DNA of 29,344 nt from a virus (IMGVR_UViG_3300037472_000096:1-29344), one strand, 5' to 3'. Shown: positions 18,664 through 27,497, numbered from the stretch's first letter. Notes: generated from the letters alone by a model not told the origin. Made by a program: numbers and translations.

Positions 18664-18924
18664 ATGGCGCGAGGTTTATTCATCACCGGCTTCACCGTAT
18701 CCGAGGTTCTGGCAATCCAACAGCGAGCGAAGGAATTCCTGCTCGAAGGCAAGACGATCATGAACTGGAACGACGCAGACACCTCGGTGGCCAAGCAGTT
18801 CACCATGCCGGTCGATCAGGTGCTTGAGGAATGCGCCCACGCCCTCCGTGTTCTGGACCCCGCCACCTACGGCAGACTTCGGACCACGGCGGCTTCCTCC
18901 ATCCCAGGCTACCTGCCAAAATGA
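18664..18924 (+). CDS. Head completion / head-tail joining protein (gpW position)
   Basis: 86 aa immediately before the portal, ATGA overlap. Confidence 0.55.
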   Translation: MARGLFITGFTVSEVLAIQQRAKEFLLEGKTIMNWNDADTSVAKQFTMPVDQVLEECAHALRVLDPATYGRLRTTAASSIPGYLPK

Positions 18925-20414
18925 TGACCCTCAAACAAATCGCCCGCAAGTGGCTGCCGCCCGTCCTTCTCCCCACTGCTTGGAGTTCTCCCTTCGAGTC
19001 GGCAAACTGGTCGCCCCGTCGTGGCTTGGTTCCGGGTTTTGCCCCCACCGACGCCCGCAACGAACTCACCTCTTCAGTGCGCAGTGAGCTTGTCCGCAAG
19101 TCTCGCTACCTCCACAAGAACTCCGGGTTTGTCCGCGAACTGGTCGCCAACATGGCCATCTATTCGACCGGTGATGGCATCCGAGTCCAGGCACAGTCGC
19201 CAGATCCAGAGTGGAACCGAACTGCGGAAGCCTACTTCGCCCTTTGGTCGGCCCGCTGTGAAATCACCCGGCGCTTTTCCTTTGAAGAATGCCAGTCGCT
19301 CGTCTGCCGGGGCATGGACATCGATGGCGAATATTTTATCCACAAAACCCGCGACGCCGATGGAGAGCCTCGCATCCAGCTGATCGAGTCCCACCGCGTC
19401 GGCGACGAATTCGGCACCAAGGAAACCATCGACGGCGTGGGTCTGGATGCCTGGGGTGCACCGATCTTCTACCGCGTCTTGGAGGATTCGGGAAAAGCCC
19501 GGGACCTGCCAGCGTCCTCGATCCTGCATGTCCACGAACCGGAATGGGCCGGCGGCGTGAGGTCCCATCCCACCATTCAGCATTCCATCAACCACGCCCT
19601 CGATGAGATGGAATTACTGGCGCTCGAAAAACACGCAGTAAAGGACAACGCCGATATTTCCCGGGTGCTCAAAACTGCCCGTGGGGAACTGGACGACAAT
19701 GGAGACTTCGTTGTTGGGGGCGCAGCGGGCGATCATGATCCAAGCGACCCAATCACACTTCAGAAAATCGTGGGGGGAAAGCTGGTGGCTCTCAAACCTG
19801 ATGAGTCCATCGAGAGCTTCCAATCCAATCGGCCATCTCCTACATTCACCGGCTTCCTGGAGCACCTACGGCGGGACTCAGCGCTGGGTGTGATCCCATT
19901 CGAGTTTGCGGCAGATTCCAGCAAGATTGGTGGAGCGGGCGTGCGCTTGATCGTGGCCAAAGCTGACCGCCGCTTCTCATTCCGGCAGATGATTCTCGAA
20001 CGCCGCCTCATCCAGCCGGTCTGGACCTACGTGATCGGCGATGCCCTCGACCGCGGACTCCTGCCGCCCATTGAAGGATGGTGGAAGATTGGTTCGGTCT
20101 GCCCCCGCAGGGTCTCAACGGATGCTGGCCGTGAAGCACAGCAAAACAGAGCAGACGTCGAGATGGGATTGAAGACTCTATCGGATCACTACGCCGAGCT
20201 AGGTGCGGACTTTGGCGAAGAGATTCTGCGCCGGGGAGCCGACGCTAAGCTCATTATCGAAACCGCCGCAAAATACGGTGTTCCGGTCGAAATGCTCTGG
20301 AAGCCATCGGTTGGCCCACCGCAAGCGCAGCAACCGTTGACACCGCAACAGGCGGGTGAGCAACCGAGCAGAAACGCAAGACAAGGCGGAAATCAATCGT
20401 CTAAAGTCACTTGA
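18921..20414 (+). CDS. Phage portal protein (lambda family)
   Basis: R.ELVRKSRYL.KNSGF, DGEYFI, IQLIESHR, DGVGLDAWGAP..Y, LKPDE.I..FQSNRPS, D.GRE motifs; position. Confidence 0.9.
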   Translation: MMTLKQIARKWLPPVLLPTAWSSPFESANWSPRRGLVPGFAPTDARNELTSSVRSELVRKSRYLHKNSGFVRELVANMAIYSTGDGIRVQAQSPDPEWNRTAEAYFALWSARCEITRRFSFEECQSLVCRGMDIDGEYFIHKTRDADGEPRIQLIESHRVGDEFGTKETIDGVGLDAWGAPIFYRVLEDSGKARDLPASSILHVHEPEWAGGVRSHPTIQHSINHALDEMELLALEKHAVKDNADISRVLKTARGELDDNGDFVVGGAAGDHDPSDPITLQKIVGGKLVALKPDESIESFQSNRPSPTFTGFLEHLRRDSALGVIPFEFAADSSKIGGAGVRLIVAKADRRFSFRQMILERRLIQPVWTYVIGDALDRGLLPPIEGWWKIGSVCPRRVSTDAGREAQQNRADVEMGLKTLSDHYAELGADFGEEILRRGADAKLIIETAAKYGVPVEMLWKPSVGPPQAQQPLTPQQAGEQPSRNARQGGNQSSKVT

Positions 20415-21060
20415 ACGAGGACGCAGATACAGGCAGCGGCATCGCGAGAGACTACTCCAAAAGCGCCGTGAATGGAGAGACCTGAATCGCGAACTTGTCC
20501 GCAAAGAAGCGGTGGCTAGGTATTGGAGAAACCCTGATCACGTAAGAGCGCTTGCAAGAGCAGCATACCGCCGCAATCCAAAGCGAGTCCTAACACATGA
20601 GCAAAAATTGGCGGCGAGGGATAGGGTTAGGCGCTATCGTAAAAAGCACAAAGATCGACTTAGGAAGCTTGATCGTGAACGTTTGAAAAATGATAGGTCT
20701 TATCTATTCGCGAGACAATTACGGTCGCGTGTTGGAAAAGCCGTGAAACATCAATACGCAGAAAAAGCAGGGAAAACGATGGACCTAATAGGATGCGCCG
20801 TAAAGCAACTCCTGACTCATCTCGAATCCCAATTCCTTCCTGGAATGACGTGGGAGAACTACGGCAGATACGGATGGCACATCGACCATATCATCCCATG
20901 TGCGGTGTTTGATCTGAGTCGGGTCGAACACCAGAAGAAGTGCTTTCACTATTCGAACCTCAGACCAGCTTGGTCCCACCACAACGAAGGGCGTGGAAGT
21001 CGAATTGAGGGTGAACTGCCGCTGATCTATCGAAACAAGAAAAGCAAACAGCCGCGTTGA
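20356..21060 (+). CDS. HNH endonuclease (free-standing homing-type)
   Basis: Basic Arg/Lys-rich N-terminus; LIGC...L..HLESQF.PGMTWENYG..GWHIDHIIPC...CFHYSNLRP.W...N; more A-rich than its neighbours. Confidence 0.85.
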   Translation: MSNRAETQDKAEINRLKSLERGRRYRQRHRERLLQKRREWRDLNRELVRKEAVARYWRNPDHVRALARAAYRRNPKRVLTHEQKLAARDRVRRYRKKHKDRLRKLDRERLKNDRSYLFARQLRSRVGKAVKHQYAEKAGKTMDLIGCAVKQLLTHLESQFLPGMTWENYGRYGWHIDHIIPCAVFDLSRVEHQKKCFHYSNLRPAWSHHNEGRGSRIEGELPLIYRNKKSKQPR

Positions 21061-21075
21061 CAGCCATTCCTGAGC

Positions 21076-22356
21076 GTGAACTCGCTCCTCCTGCAAAACC
21101 CTCAGTGGCTAATCCAGCCTGAAGCACTGCGCTCAATGGTGGCTGCGGCGGATTCTTTTCGTGCGCTTGGCAATCCAGTGGTCCGGGATCAGCCCGTCAG
21201 CTCCCTGCTTTCCGTTGAGGATGGTGTGGCGACGATCTCGATCAACGGGCCAATCATCCGCAAGCCCGACATCTTCGCCCGGGTGCTGATGGGCGCTACC
21301 GACTCTGAGGAAATTGGAGCGGCTATTCAGGAAGCGGGTTCCCGTCCCGACATCAAGGCGGTGTTCTTGGACATCGACTCTCCCGGCGGCACGGTGGCCG
21401 GCACTCCTGAACTGGCGAACGCCGTGGCATCGCTCGATAAGCAGAAGCCGGTCTACGCATTTTCCTCCGGCCTCATGGCATCCGCCGCCTACTGGATCGC
21501 CAGCCAGGCCCGCGCGATCTATGCCACCCCATCCGCGCAGGTCGGTTCTATCGGCGTGGTGCAAGCGGTGGTTGATCGCTCAGCGGCTATCAGTGCGGCA
21601 GGCATCAAGGTGGAGGTTTTCTCTGTGGGGAAATACAAGGCGATGGGTGCTCCAGGCACTCCACTCACCGACGACCAGCGCGAATTGATCCAATCGAACC
21701 TCGCTGAAATTGCCGGGGAGTTTCATGCGGCCGTGCTGGCAAAAGGACGCTCGATCCCACCCGAAGCTATGGAGGGTCAAACTTTCAGCGGCAAGCAGGC
21801 ACAGCGGGTCAATCTGGCAGGTATGGTTCCGGATCGCGCCGAAGCCATGCGCCGTCTCAAGGTCTATTACGCGTCGGTTGACAGGGGAGCCCGTGCGATG
21901 ACCGCACTTGAAGACCAACTTGCCGAAGCCCTCACCCAGGTGGATAACCTCACCCGGGACTATCAGGCGCAAACCGAACTTTTCACTGAAAGCTCTGCGA
22001 CTCTCGATTCGCTGCGCGGTGAAGTGGAAATTCTCTCCGCTCAAGTCGAGACACTTGGCGTCGAACGGGATTCCGCCGCCCAAGAAGCTATCGCCCTCCA
22101 AACCCGCATCGCAGACCTTCAAGCATCCCAAGTGGATTTCGACCGCAGGCTGCAACTTGAAGTGGCCCGCGTCGTCGCCTCCACCGGCACCATGCTCCCC
22201 GCCAACGTCACCCCGGCTGGCCACCAGTCACAGGCCGCTCAGACGCCGTCCCTCCACGACCTCGTCACCCAATACGAGCAGCTCGTCACCGAGCACAAGC
22301 CCGTGGAAGCCGCCGCCTTCTACCAACAACACCTCGCCAAACACTTCACCCGCTAA
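21076..22356 (+). CDS. S49 family prohead protease with C-terminal scaffold region
   Basis: LDIDSPGG, MASAAYWIAS, VGSIGV, GKYK motifs followed by a coiled-coil tail. Confidence 0.9.
   Translation: MNSLLLQNPQWLIQPEALRSMVAAADSFRALGNPVVRDQPVSSLLSVEDGVATISINGPIIRKPDIFARVLMGATDSEEIGAAIQEAGSRPDIKAVFLDIDSPGGTVAGTPELANAVASLDKQKPVYAFSSGLMASAAYWIASQARAIYATPSAQVGSIGVVQAVVDRSAAISAAGIKVEVFSVGKYKAMGAPGTPLTDDQRELIQSNLAEIAGEFHAAVLAKGRSIPPEAMEGQTFSGKQAQRVNLAGMVPDRAEAMRRLKVYYASVDRGARAMTALEDQLAEALTQVDNLTRDYQAQTELFTESSATLDSLRGEVEILSAQVETLGVERDSAAQEAIALQTRIADLQASQVDFDRRLQLEVARVVASTGTMLPANVTPAGHQSQAAQTPSLHDLVTQYEQLVTEHKPVEAAAFYQQHLAKHFTR
21898..22356 (+). CDS. Nested in-frame scaffold protein (Nu3-like)
   Basis: Internal ATG (MTALEDQLAEA...) in frame, at the protease/coiled-coil boundary and preceded by its own GTTGACA motif 20 nt upstream. 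Confidence 0.65.
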   Translation: MTALEDQLAEALTQVDNLTRDYQAQTELFTESSATLDSLRGEVEILSAQVETLGVERDSAAQEAIALQTRIADLQASQVDFDRRLQLEVARVVASTGTMLPANVTPAGHQSQAAQTPSLHDLVTQYEQLVTEHKPVEAAAFYQQHLAKHFTR

Positions 22357-22362
22357 TTCGCC

Positions 22363-23259
22363 ATGCCCAACTCGAACGCCACGGTTAATTCCGCCATCAT
22401 CGCCCAGACCGCGCTCAACACGCTACTGGCCCGATTCCCGCTCCTCGGACAAATCGCCACCGACTTCAGTTCGGCCAGCGTGAAGTTCAACCAAGACATC
22501 GTCACCCACATCGTCACTCCCACGGTGGCCAAGGATTTCGTTCCTGCCACGGGTTACGTCCCGGATGACCAGGCACAGGTCGATGTGAGCGTGAAGATCA
22601 ACAAGCACGCCTACGCGGGCTATGCCATCACCGACGTGGAGCGCTCCACCAGTCAGATCGATCTCAACCAACGCTATGCCGACAAAGTGGCTTATGCCCT
22701 CGGCCGCAAGGTGAGCGATGACCTGATGGCTCTCATCATCAACGCCAAATTCACCAACAAAACGGAAATTGCCGCCGCCTCGTTCGGTCGCAACACCGTG
22801 GTGGACATCGGCACCAAGCTCAACAAACGGTTCATCCCGGACATGGGCCGCTTCATGTTCGTCAACTCCGATTACTACAACGCCCTGCAAAAGGATGAGG
22901 CGCTCTACAAGGCGTTCATCACTCCCGCAGCGGGCAACGTGGTGGTTTCGGGGGTGCTGCCCGACGTGAACGGCTTTACCGTGATCGAATACTCGGCCCT
23001 ACCTGAAAACGGCGAGCGTCTGGTCGGCTTTGCCGGTATCCGGGAGGGACTCATCATGGCCGCCCGTGTGCCAGATGTTCCATCCAACACCGGCGACACT
23101 GTGATCCGCGTCGTCACTGACCCACGCACCGGATTGTCCGTGCAAGTCCGTGACCGCTACGATGGACGCCTCGGCAAGCAGGAAGTCAGCTTCACGCTGA
23201 TGTATGGCTTCGCGGCAGGCAACAAGCCCGTCATGGAGCGGATCACCCGTCCGGCATAA
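22363..23259 (+). CDS. Major capsid protein
   Basis: 298 aa after the scaffold, followed by a terminator; HK97/P22-coat-like pattern (YALGRKVSDDL, RFMFVNSDYY..L, GFTVIE, MYGF). Confidence 0.82.
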   Translation: MPNSNATVNSAIIAQTALNTLLARFPLLGQIATDFSSASVKFNQDIVTHIVTPTVAKDFVPATGYVPDDQAQVDVSVKINKHAYAGYAITDVERSTSQIDLNQRYADKVAYALGRKVSDDLMALIINAKFTNKTEIAAASFGRNTVVDIGTKLNKRFIPDMGRFMFVNSDYYNALQKDEALYKAFITPAAGNVVVSGVLPDVNGFTVIEYSALPENGERLVGFAGIREGLIMAARVPDVPSNTGDTVIRVVTDPRTGLSVQVRDRYDGRLGKQEVSFTLMYGFAAGNKPVMERITRPA

Positions 23260-23284
23260 GATTTTGGGTTAGGTTGTTCATGGG

Positions 23285-23319
23285 ACGCCCTCTTCAGGAA
23301 ACTGGAGGGGGCGTTTTTT
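23285..23319 (+). terminator. Rho-independent terminator after the capsid gene
   Basis: ACGCCCTCTTCAG-GAAA-CTGGAGGGGGCGT stem-loop followed by a T run. Confidence 0.85.
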
Positions 23320-23342
23320 GTTTTGACAGCATCACCCACGGC

Positions 23343-23654
23343 ATGGGCATCGAATCGGAAATTCTGGCAGACTTCGGCCACCTGCTATCAGAGCATGGTG
23401 TGAAGGCGCGGTGGAAGGACATCAGCCTGCTCGTGCTCGTCAGCCGCGTGCGCAACGACCAGCAGATCGACATGGGCGGATTCGTCGAATCACCAGACCT
23501 CAGCCTGCGCGTGCCGAAGCGGGCATTCCCAGCCGCCATGCCAAAATTCGGTGAACGCATCGAAGTGGACGGCACTGAATACCGCATCACCAAAGTCTCG
23601 GCCCACCCGCGCTCACCTCTGCTCACACTTACTCTCAGCACCACCGATGAGTGA
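23343..23654 (+). CDS. Head-tail joining/closure protein (FII-like)
   Basis: Start at 23343 after the terminator and TTGACA motif; P..GERIEVDGTEYRI beta-barrel pattern. Confidence 0.65.
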   Translation: MGIESEILADFGHLLSEHGVKARWKDISLLVLVSRVRNDQQIDMGGFVESPDLSLRVPKRAFPAAMPKFGERIEVDGTEYRITKVSAHPRSPLLTLTLSTTDE

Positions 23655-24429
23655 TGTTCGCTTCACCGCCAAGCTCAAGGGAGCATCCGACGTGGCCAGA
23701 CTGCTACGCCGCTATCCAGAAAAGGTGGGACGGACATTGCTGTCCCTGGTGAAGCAGGAAGCGCGTGGCCTATCTGTGGAACTCGCCCGCAACACCCGGC
23801 CGTTTGGGTTCTCAGAAAAGGCCCGCAAGACCGGCGAGGATGCGGTAGCCAAAGACATCAGCGGCGTGTTCGCCCTGCCATCGGATGCCTTCGCGGAAAT
23901 CCGCAAGTCCAATCCGGCGGCGGCAGATCGCTTCTGGTCAAACATCCAGAACCGGCGCTTCTCACGAGCGGAAAACAATCTGCGCCAAACCAGTTCCGGT
24001 TGGAAGGATCTCTCGGTCGGCCGCCTCGACCCGAAGCTTCACCGATGGGGGCAGTTGGGCGCGGCGAAACCGAAGCAGATCGTCACCAGCGCGAAGGCCC
24101 GCGAGAGCTACATCGCCAAGATCCAGAAGCGGGTCGGTTTCGCCAAAGGATCATGGATCAACGCGGGCAAGGCGATTGGCGGGCGGGTGCGGGGTGCCGC
24201 GCAATGGACAACCCGGCACAAGCAGGCCCCCGGCAGCGCCGCAATCAAGACCGGCGACAAGCCCGCCGTCACGCTGATCAACAATCTCGACTACATCGAC
24301 GACGTGACCACCTACAAGACCGTCAATCTCGCACTCCAAGTGGCGGCAGGGCGATTGCGCAAGGCTCTATCCACCTCGCTGCGGAAGGTCAACGATCAGG
24401 CCAACAGGCGATTCGGCAGGACCGGTTGA
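23647..24429 (+). CDS. Putative neck/tail completion protein
   Basis: Basic 260-aa ORF overlapping the upstream stop; RVGFAKGSWI and L.NNLDYI resemble HK97 gp10-like proteins. Confidence 0.55.
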   Translation: MSDVRFTAKLKGASDVARLLRRYPEKVGRTLLSLVKQEARGLSVELARNTRPFGFSEKARKTGEDAVAKDISGVFALPSDAFAEIRKSNPAAADRFWSNIQNRRFSRAENNLRQTSSGWKDLSVGRLDPKLHRWGQLGAAKPKQIVTSAKARESYIAKIQKRVGFAKGSWINAGKAIGGRVRGAAQWTTRHKQAPGSAAIKTGDKPAVTLINNLDYIDDVTTYKTVNLALQVAAGRLRKALSTSLRKVNDQANRRFGRTG

Positions 24430-24495
24430 AAAATAAAAGGACGTCCTCAACCGTGAAGACGTCCTCTTGGCGCTGGCAATCCCTTATCAGCACCG
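24430..24495 (-). ncRNA. Candidate antisense small RNA (two hairpins plus U-tail)
   Basis: Minus strand: TTGATA(24527-24522)-N17-TAGTAG, then GGTGCTGATAAGGGATTGCCAGCGCC hairpin, then AGGACGTCTTCA-CGGT-TGAGGACGTCCT-TTTATTTTT; the G-U pairs form only on the minus strand. Confidence 0.55.
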
Positions 24496-24583
24496 AGACT
24501 ACTAGGAAATCCGCACCAGTTTATCAAGGGGGTTGTCTGAATGATCCGCACACAAGCACGGTTGACGCGGAATCACGGACAAG

Positions 24584-25009
24584 ATGCCCAACCTGATCGA
24601 AGACCGCCTTTCGTCACTGCTTGCTGAGAGGATCGACACCAACCGCCCCGAGGATCTACCCAATTCGATTCCAGTTCATGTCGCCCGCCGCGATGAAATC
24701 CGCACTCGTCCATGCGTGGTTCTCAATACGTCGGAAGCCAAGCCGATCCCGGCCATGCCCCACACCGCACGGGTAAAACTCGACGTGCATCTATTTTCCC
24801 AAGTGGATGACACGCCAGCCGAAACACACGCCGAGTGGGCAGGAAAACTGGCGGTGTTGCTCGGTGGCAAGTCGGTAATTCAATCGGCGTTGGATTCCGA
24901 AACCTTCGTTCTCCATGACCTACTAGACCGCGAAAGCGTGACCACACCGGATGAAGCACGAGGCCGCGAATCGGTTCTCAGCTACGAGGCCGTAGTGTCG
25001 GCTCTCTGA
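24584..25009 (+). CDS. Putative tail terminator protein
   Basis: 141 aa, RPCVVL pattern, position just before the tail tube. Confidence 0.55.
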   Translation: MPNLIEDRLSSLLAERIDTNRPEDLPNSIPVHVARRDEIRTRPCVVLNTSEAKPIPAMPHTARVKLDVHLFSQVDDTPAETHAEWAGKLAVLLGGKSVIQSALDSETFVLHDLLDRESVTTPDEARGRESVLSYEAVVSAL

Positions 25010-25037
25010 CTCCGGTTGACACGCCGCACGCGGTCAA

Positions 25038-25421
25038 ATGGCCGCGACATTCCTTGGCACAACTGGCAACTGGGGCATCCCTCAGGATGAAGCCGGCATC
25101 ATCATCACCGACTTTTCCATCGACTACTCCAACCAGGAGAAAATGGTCTTGGACAAGGGCGGTGAAATCATTGGTCTCGCGCTCTATCAGGAGAAAGCCG
25201 AAATCAAGCTATCCGGACTGGTGAAGAAAACCGGCCCGTTCTCGGGCAAAATCGGCGCGGCACTCGCCCTCACCAATGCAGTCCCGGCCCACATGCAGTC
25301 CAGCGGCGGAATCACGATCATCAAGCAGATCAGCCGCGCCCTCAACAACGAGGACTTCGAGAAAATCGACATCACCGCGACCAATTACCCGCTGGTCGTT
25401 TCCGGTGGCGGCGGCCCGTGA
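25038..25421 (+). CDS. Putative major tail (tube) protein
   Basis: 127 aa, beta-rich, capsid-like codon usage, position. Confidence 0.55.
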   Translation: MAATFLGTTGNWGIPQDEAGIIITDFSIDYSNQEKMVLDKGGEIIGLALYQEKAEIKLSGLVKKTGPFSGKIGAALALTNAVPAHMQSSGGITIIKQISRALNNEDFEKIDITATNYPLVVSGGGGP

Positions 25422-25449
25422 ACCAACCTTTCCAACCTGAGATACCGAT

Positions 25450-25851
25450 ATGAACGCCATCACCCACATTTCATCCACCGCCACCAGCAACACCTGCCTT
25501 GCCGCCGCATTGACGGCCGTTGGCATTCCGCTTGCCGAGAAGCCCTTCGTCCGCGTTGTCGGCGACGGCATCCGAGGCGAGCGCACCGTTTGGTTCTTCG
25601 ACCCACAAAGTCCCGACGGCAAATTCCAGACCAAGGACCTCATCGAGGCGTGGAATGACGACGCCTGGCACCTCGCTAATCCAGAGCATCCGTTCGCCTA
25701 CATCAAGTGCGCCCTGCTCAATCGCCAGCGCCTCGTGGACAAGGTGAAGCAAGATGTGCCGCTCGCCTGCGTGAAGCGCCGGGGGAAGATCGCTTTCATC
25801 CCGCTTGATGCCTCGCCAGCCACCGAAGACCAGTTCCTCCGCTACCTCTGA
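25450..25851 (+). CDS. Hypothetical phage protein
   Basis: 133-aa ORF with GC-rich third codon positions within the operon. Confidence 0.7.
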   Translation: MNAITHISSTATSNTCLAAALTAVGIPLAEKPFVRVVGDGIRGERTVWFFDPQSPDGKFQTKDLIEAWNDDAWHLANPEHPFAYIKCALLNRQRLVDKVKQDVPLACVKRRGKIAFIPLDASPATEDQFLRYL

Positions 25852-25857
25852 GATCCC

Positions 25858-26277
25858 ATGAACGACACCGACCGCCAAAAGCACCTATCCACCGCCTTCC
25901 ACGACGTGGAAACCATCGTCGCGGGTCATGCCATGCGCCCGTTGTCGCTGGCGAGCTACGACGTGCTTCTCCGCACCGGCAACCCGCTCGTGAAGGGTGA
26001 GATGCCCACCGACGGCACCCCTGAGTTCACCTCTGCCATCATGGGCTTCGTCTTCACCCATTGCGCCCCATGGCCGGAAGTGGTGCGGGCGTCGTTCAAC
26101 GACCAGGGATTCCGGGAAGCCGCCCTCATCTTCTGCGGTGCCCTCACCCCGGCCGATTTCCAGACTGCCTTCAAACGCCTTGAAGAACAGAGCCGTGAAC
26201 TGGAGGCGGCACAGGTGGAAACCATGGGGGACATCGGAGGAAAAAAGCCCCTCCGTGCGACGAACCCGGATTCATAG
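25858..26277 (+). CDS. Tail assembly chaperone (gpG-like)
   Basis: Ends ...GGKKPL with an in-phase slippery heptamer A AAA AAG at 26241-26247. Confidence 0.75.
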   Translation: MNDTDRQKHLSTAFHDVETIVAGHAMRPLSLASYDVLLRTGNPLVKGEMPTDGTPEFTSAIMGFVFTHCAPWPEVVRASFNDQGFREAALIFCGALTPADFQTAFKRLEEQSRELEAAQVETMGDIGGKKPLRATNPDS

Positions 26278-26522
26278 CCGCCCAGGTGTTCGCCGTTGCC
26301 GCCGAAACCGGCTGGCCCGAGGAACGGATTCTGTTCATGCCGCTGGCGCGACTCGCTCAGTATCAACACTGTCTGTTGCGGAGGAATGGGGTGAGAACGA
26401 CCTGGAGCAGCGCGGGCGGTGGCAGTATGGGACTGCGGGATCAACTGGAGGCGTTGCGGGGATGCTGGATTGGCGCAAATTCATCAAATTCGGCTAACGA
26501 AAGCTTGCCAGACAATGGCTGA
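26247..26522 (+). CDS. gpT-like extension reached by -1 programmed frameshift
   Basis: The -1 frame is open from the heptamer: APPCDEPGFIAAQVFAVAAETGWPEERILFMPLARLAQY; GW....IL.MPL is typical of gpT-type extensions. Confidence 0.75.
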   Translation, partial: APPCDEPGFIAAQVFAVAAETGWPEERILFMPLARLAQYQHCLLRRNGVRTTWSSAGGGSMGLRDQLEALRGCWIGANSSNSANESLPDNG

Positions 26523-26610
26523 ATCTGCTATTGCAAACCCATCGCAATGTAACCAACGACCAACCAAAGCCCGTTCTTCCGAATGGGACTTCCCGGAGAA
26601 GTATTCTTCT

Positions 26611-26689
26611 GTGCTGTATTTGTGGGACATATACAGCACGCGCCTGTTACAGGACAAATACAGCACGCTGTTCAATAAAACTGTTCGAT
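26611..26689 (+). other. attI-like integron recombination site
   Basis: Core G/TTCGAT at 26683-26689, 10 nt before the cassette ATG; 17-bp direct repeats GGACAWATACAGCACGC at 26625-26641 and 26652-26668; inverted copy at 26611-26623. Confidence 0.55.
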
Positions 26690-26699
26690 AAAAAATCAT

Positions 26700-27353
26700 A
26701 TGAAAATAAATAAACTAGCACTACTGGTAATCTGCATTGGCTCCACTTCATGCGGAGTTCAGCACACAATGGAACAAAAGACGGCTGAAGATGGCACCCA
26801 ATTTGCGATCCAGATGAGTCGGATCATGGGGGTAAATTCACCTGAAATTTGGACTTATAGCGGAGGTCGTAAGAATGGTTTCGCAGATGGGAGAGGAGCT
26901 TACCAACGCACTTTACCGGATACCCCAAGCCTAAAATTTTCAGGAACAGGAACATTCTCGAAAGGCCATCCGATTGGCTCTCATGGCACTGAGGTAATTT
27001 CGAGCACTGGTACTCGTTTTACGAACAAGGTCACATACGACAACCAAGGAAATCATCTTAATACAGAGCGAGTAAGCGGCTCTGTTTTTGCTGATATCTT
27101 AAAGGGAGTTCCGTCAGCTGGCCAAAGTCTAGCAGCAAGTCAACCACGACGCAGCGGAGGCAGCTCGTCGTCTGGGTCGCCCTACACCCTCGAAGCTTTA
27201 GGGAAGCCTAATCCGGGGGACACACAACCTGGCAGGTATTCAGATTGGTGGTATGATAAGAACGGCAATCAAGTATATCCAGAGTCAGGCACAATGGAAA
27301 AGTGGAAGATAAGAAGCAAATCTAACGCTGGAGGTCAAAACTGGGTCGATTAA
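26700..27353 (+). CDS. Cassette 1: putative lipoprotein with MORN-like segment
   Basis: MKINKLALLVICIGSTSC lipobox-like; TYSGGRKNGFADGRG MORN-like; AT-rich. Confidence 0.65.
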   Translation: MKINKLALLVICIGSTSCGVQHTMEQKTAEDGTQFAIQMSRIMGVNSPEIWTYSGGRKNGFADGRGAYQRTLPDTPSLKFSGTGTFSKGHPIGSHGTEVISSTGTRFTNKVTYDNQGNHLNTERVSGSVFADILKGVPSAGQSLAASQPRRSGGSSSSGSPYTLEALGKPNPGDTQPGRYSDWWYDKNGNQVYPESGTMEKWKIRSKSNAGGQNWVD

Positions 27354-27371
27354 ATCGAAGAAATCGAAGAA

Positions 27372-27459
27372 ATCGAACAAGTCGGAGTAGGCGACGCCGA
27401 GGAAGCTCTCTGATTAAATTTGAGCTTGACACCGGCGCGCCTATCCTATGACGTTCGAT
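27372..27459 (+). repeat. attC site 1 (88 bp)
   Basis: R'' ATCGAAC ... GGAGTAGGCGACGCCG / CGGCGCGCCTATCC arms pairing with two unpaired bases ... R' GTTCGAT; directly after a stop codon. Confidence 0.8.
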
Positions 27460-27497
27460 AAGAAAAGCAGAACAAACACAAAACAAACAAATACACG

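Noticed and set aside
26611-26670. LexA SOS box in the CTGT...ACAG sequences
   Set aside because: Spacing does not fit CTGT-N8-ACAG, and no TGTTC-N4-GAACA palindrome is present.
26484-26713. Short ORFs (26484..26699 -, 26419..26691 +, 26531..26713 +) as an integron integrase remnant
   Set aside because: No tyrosine recombinase motifs; they overlap the repeat-rich attI-like DNA.
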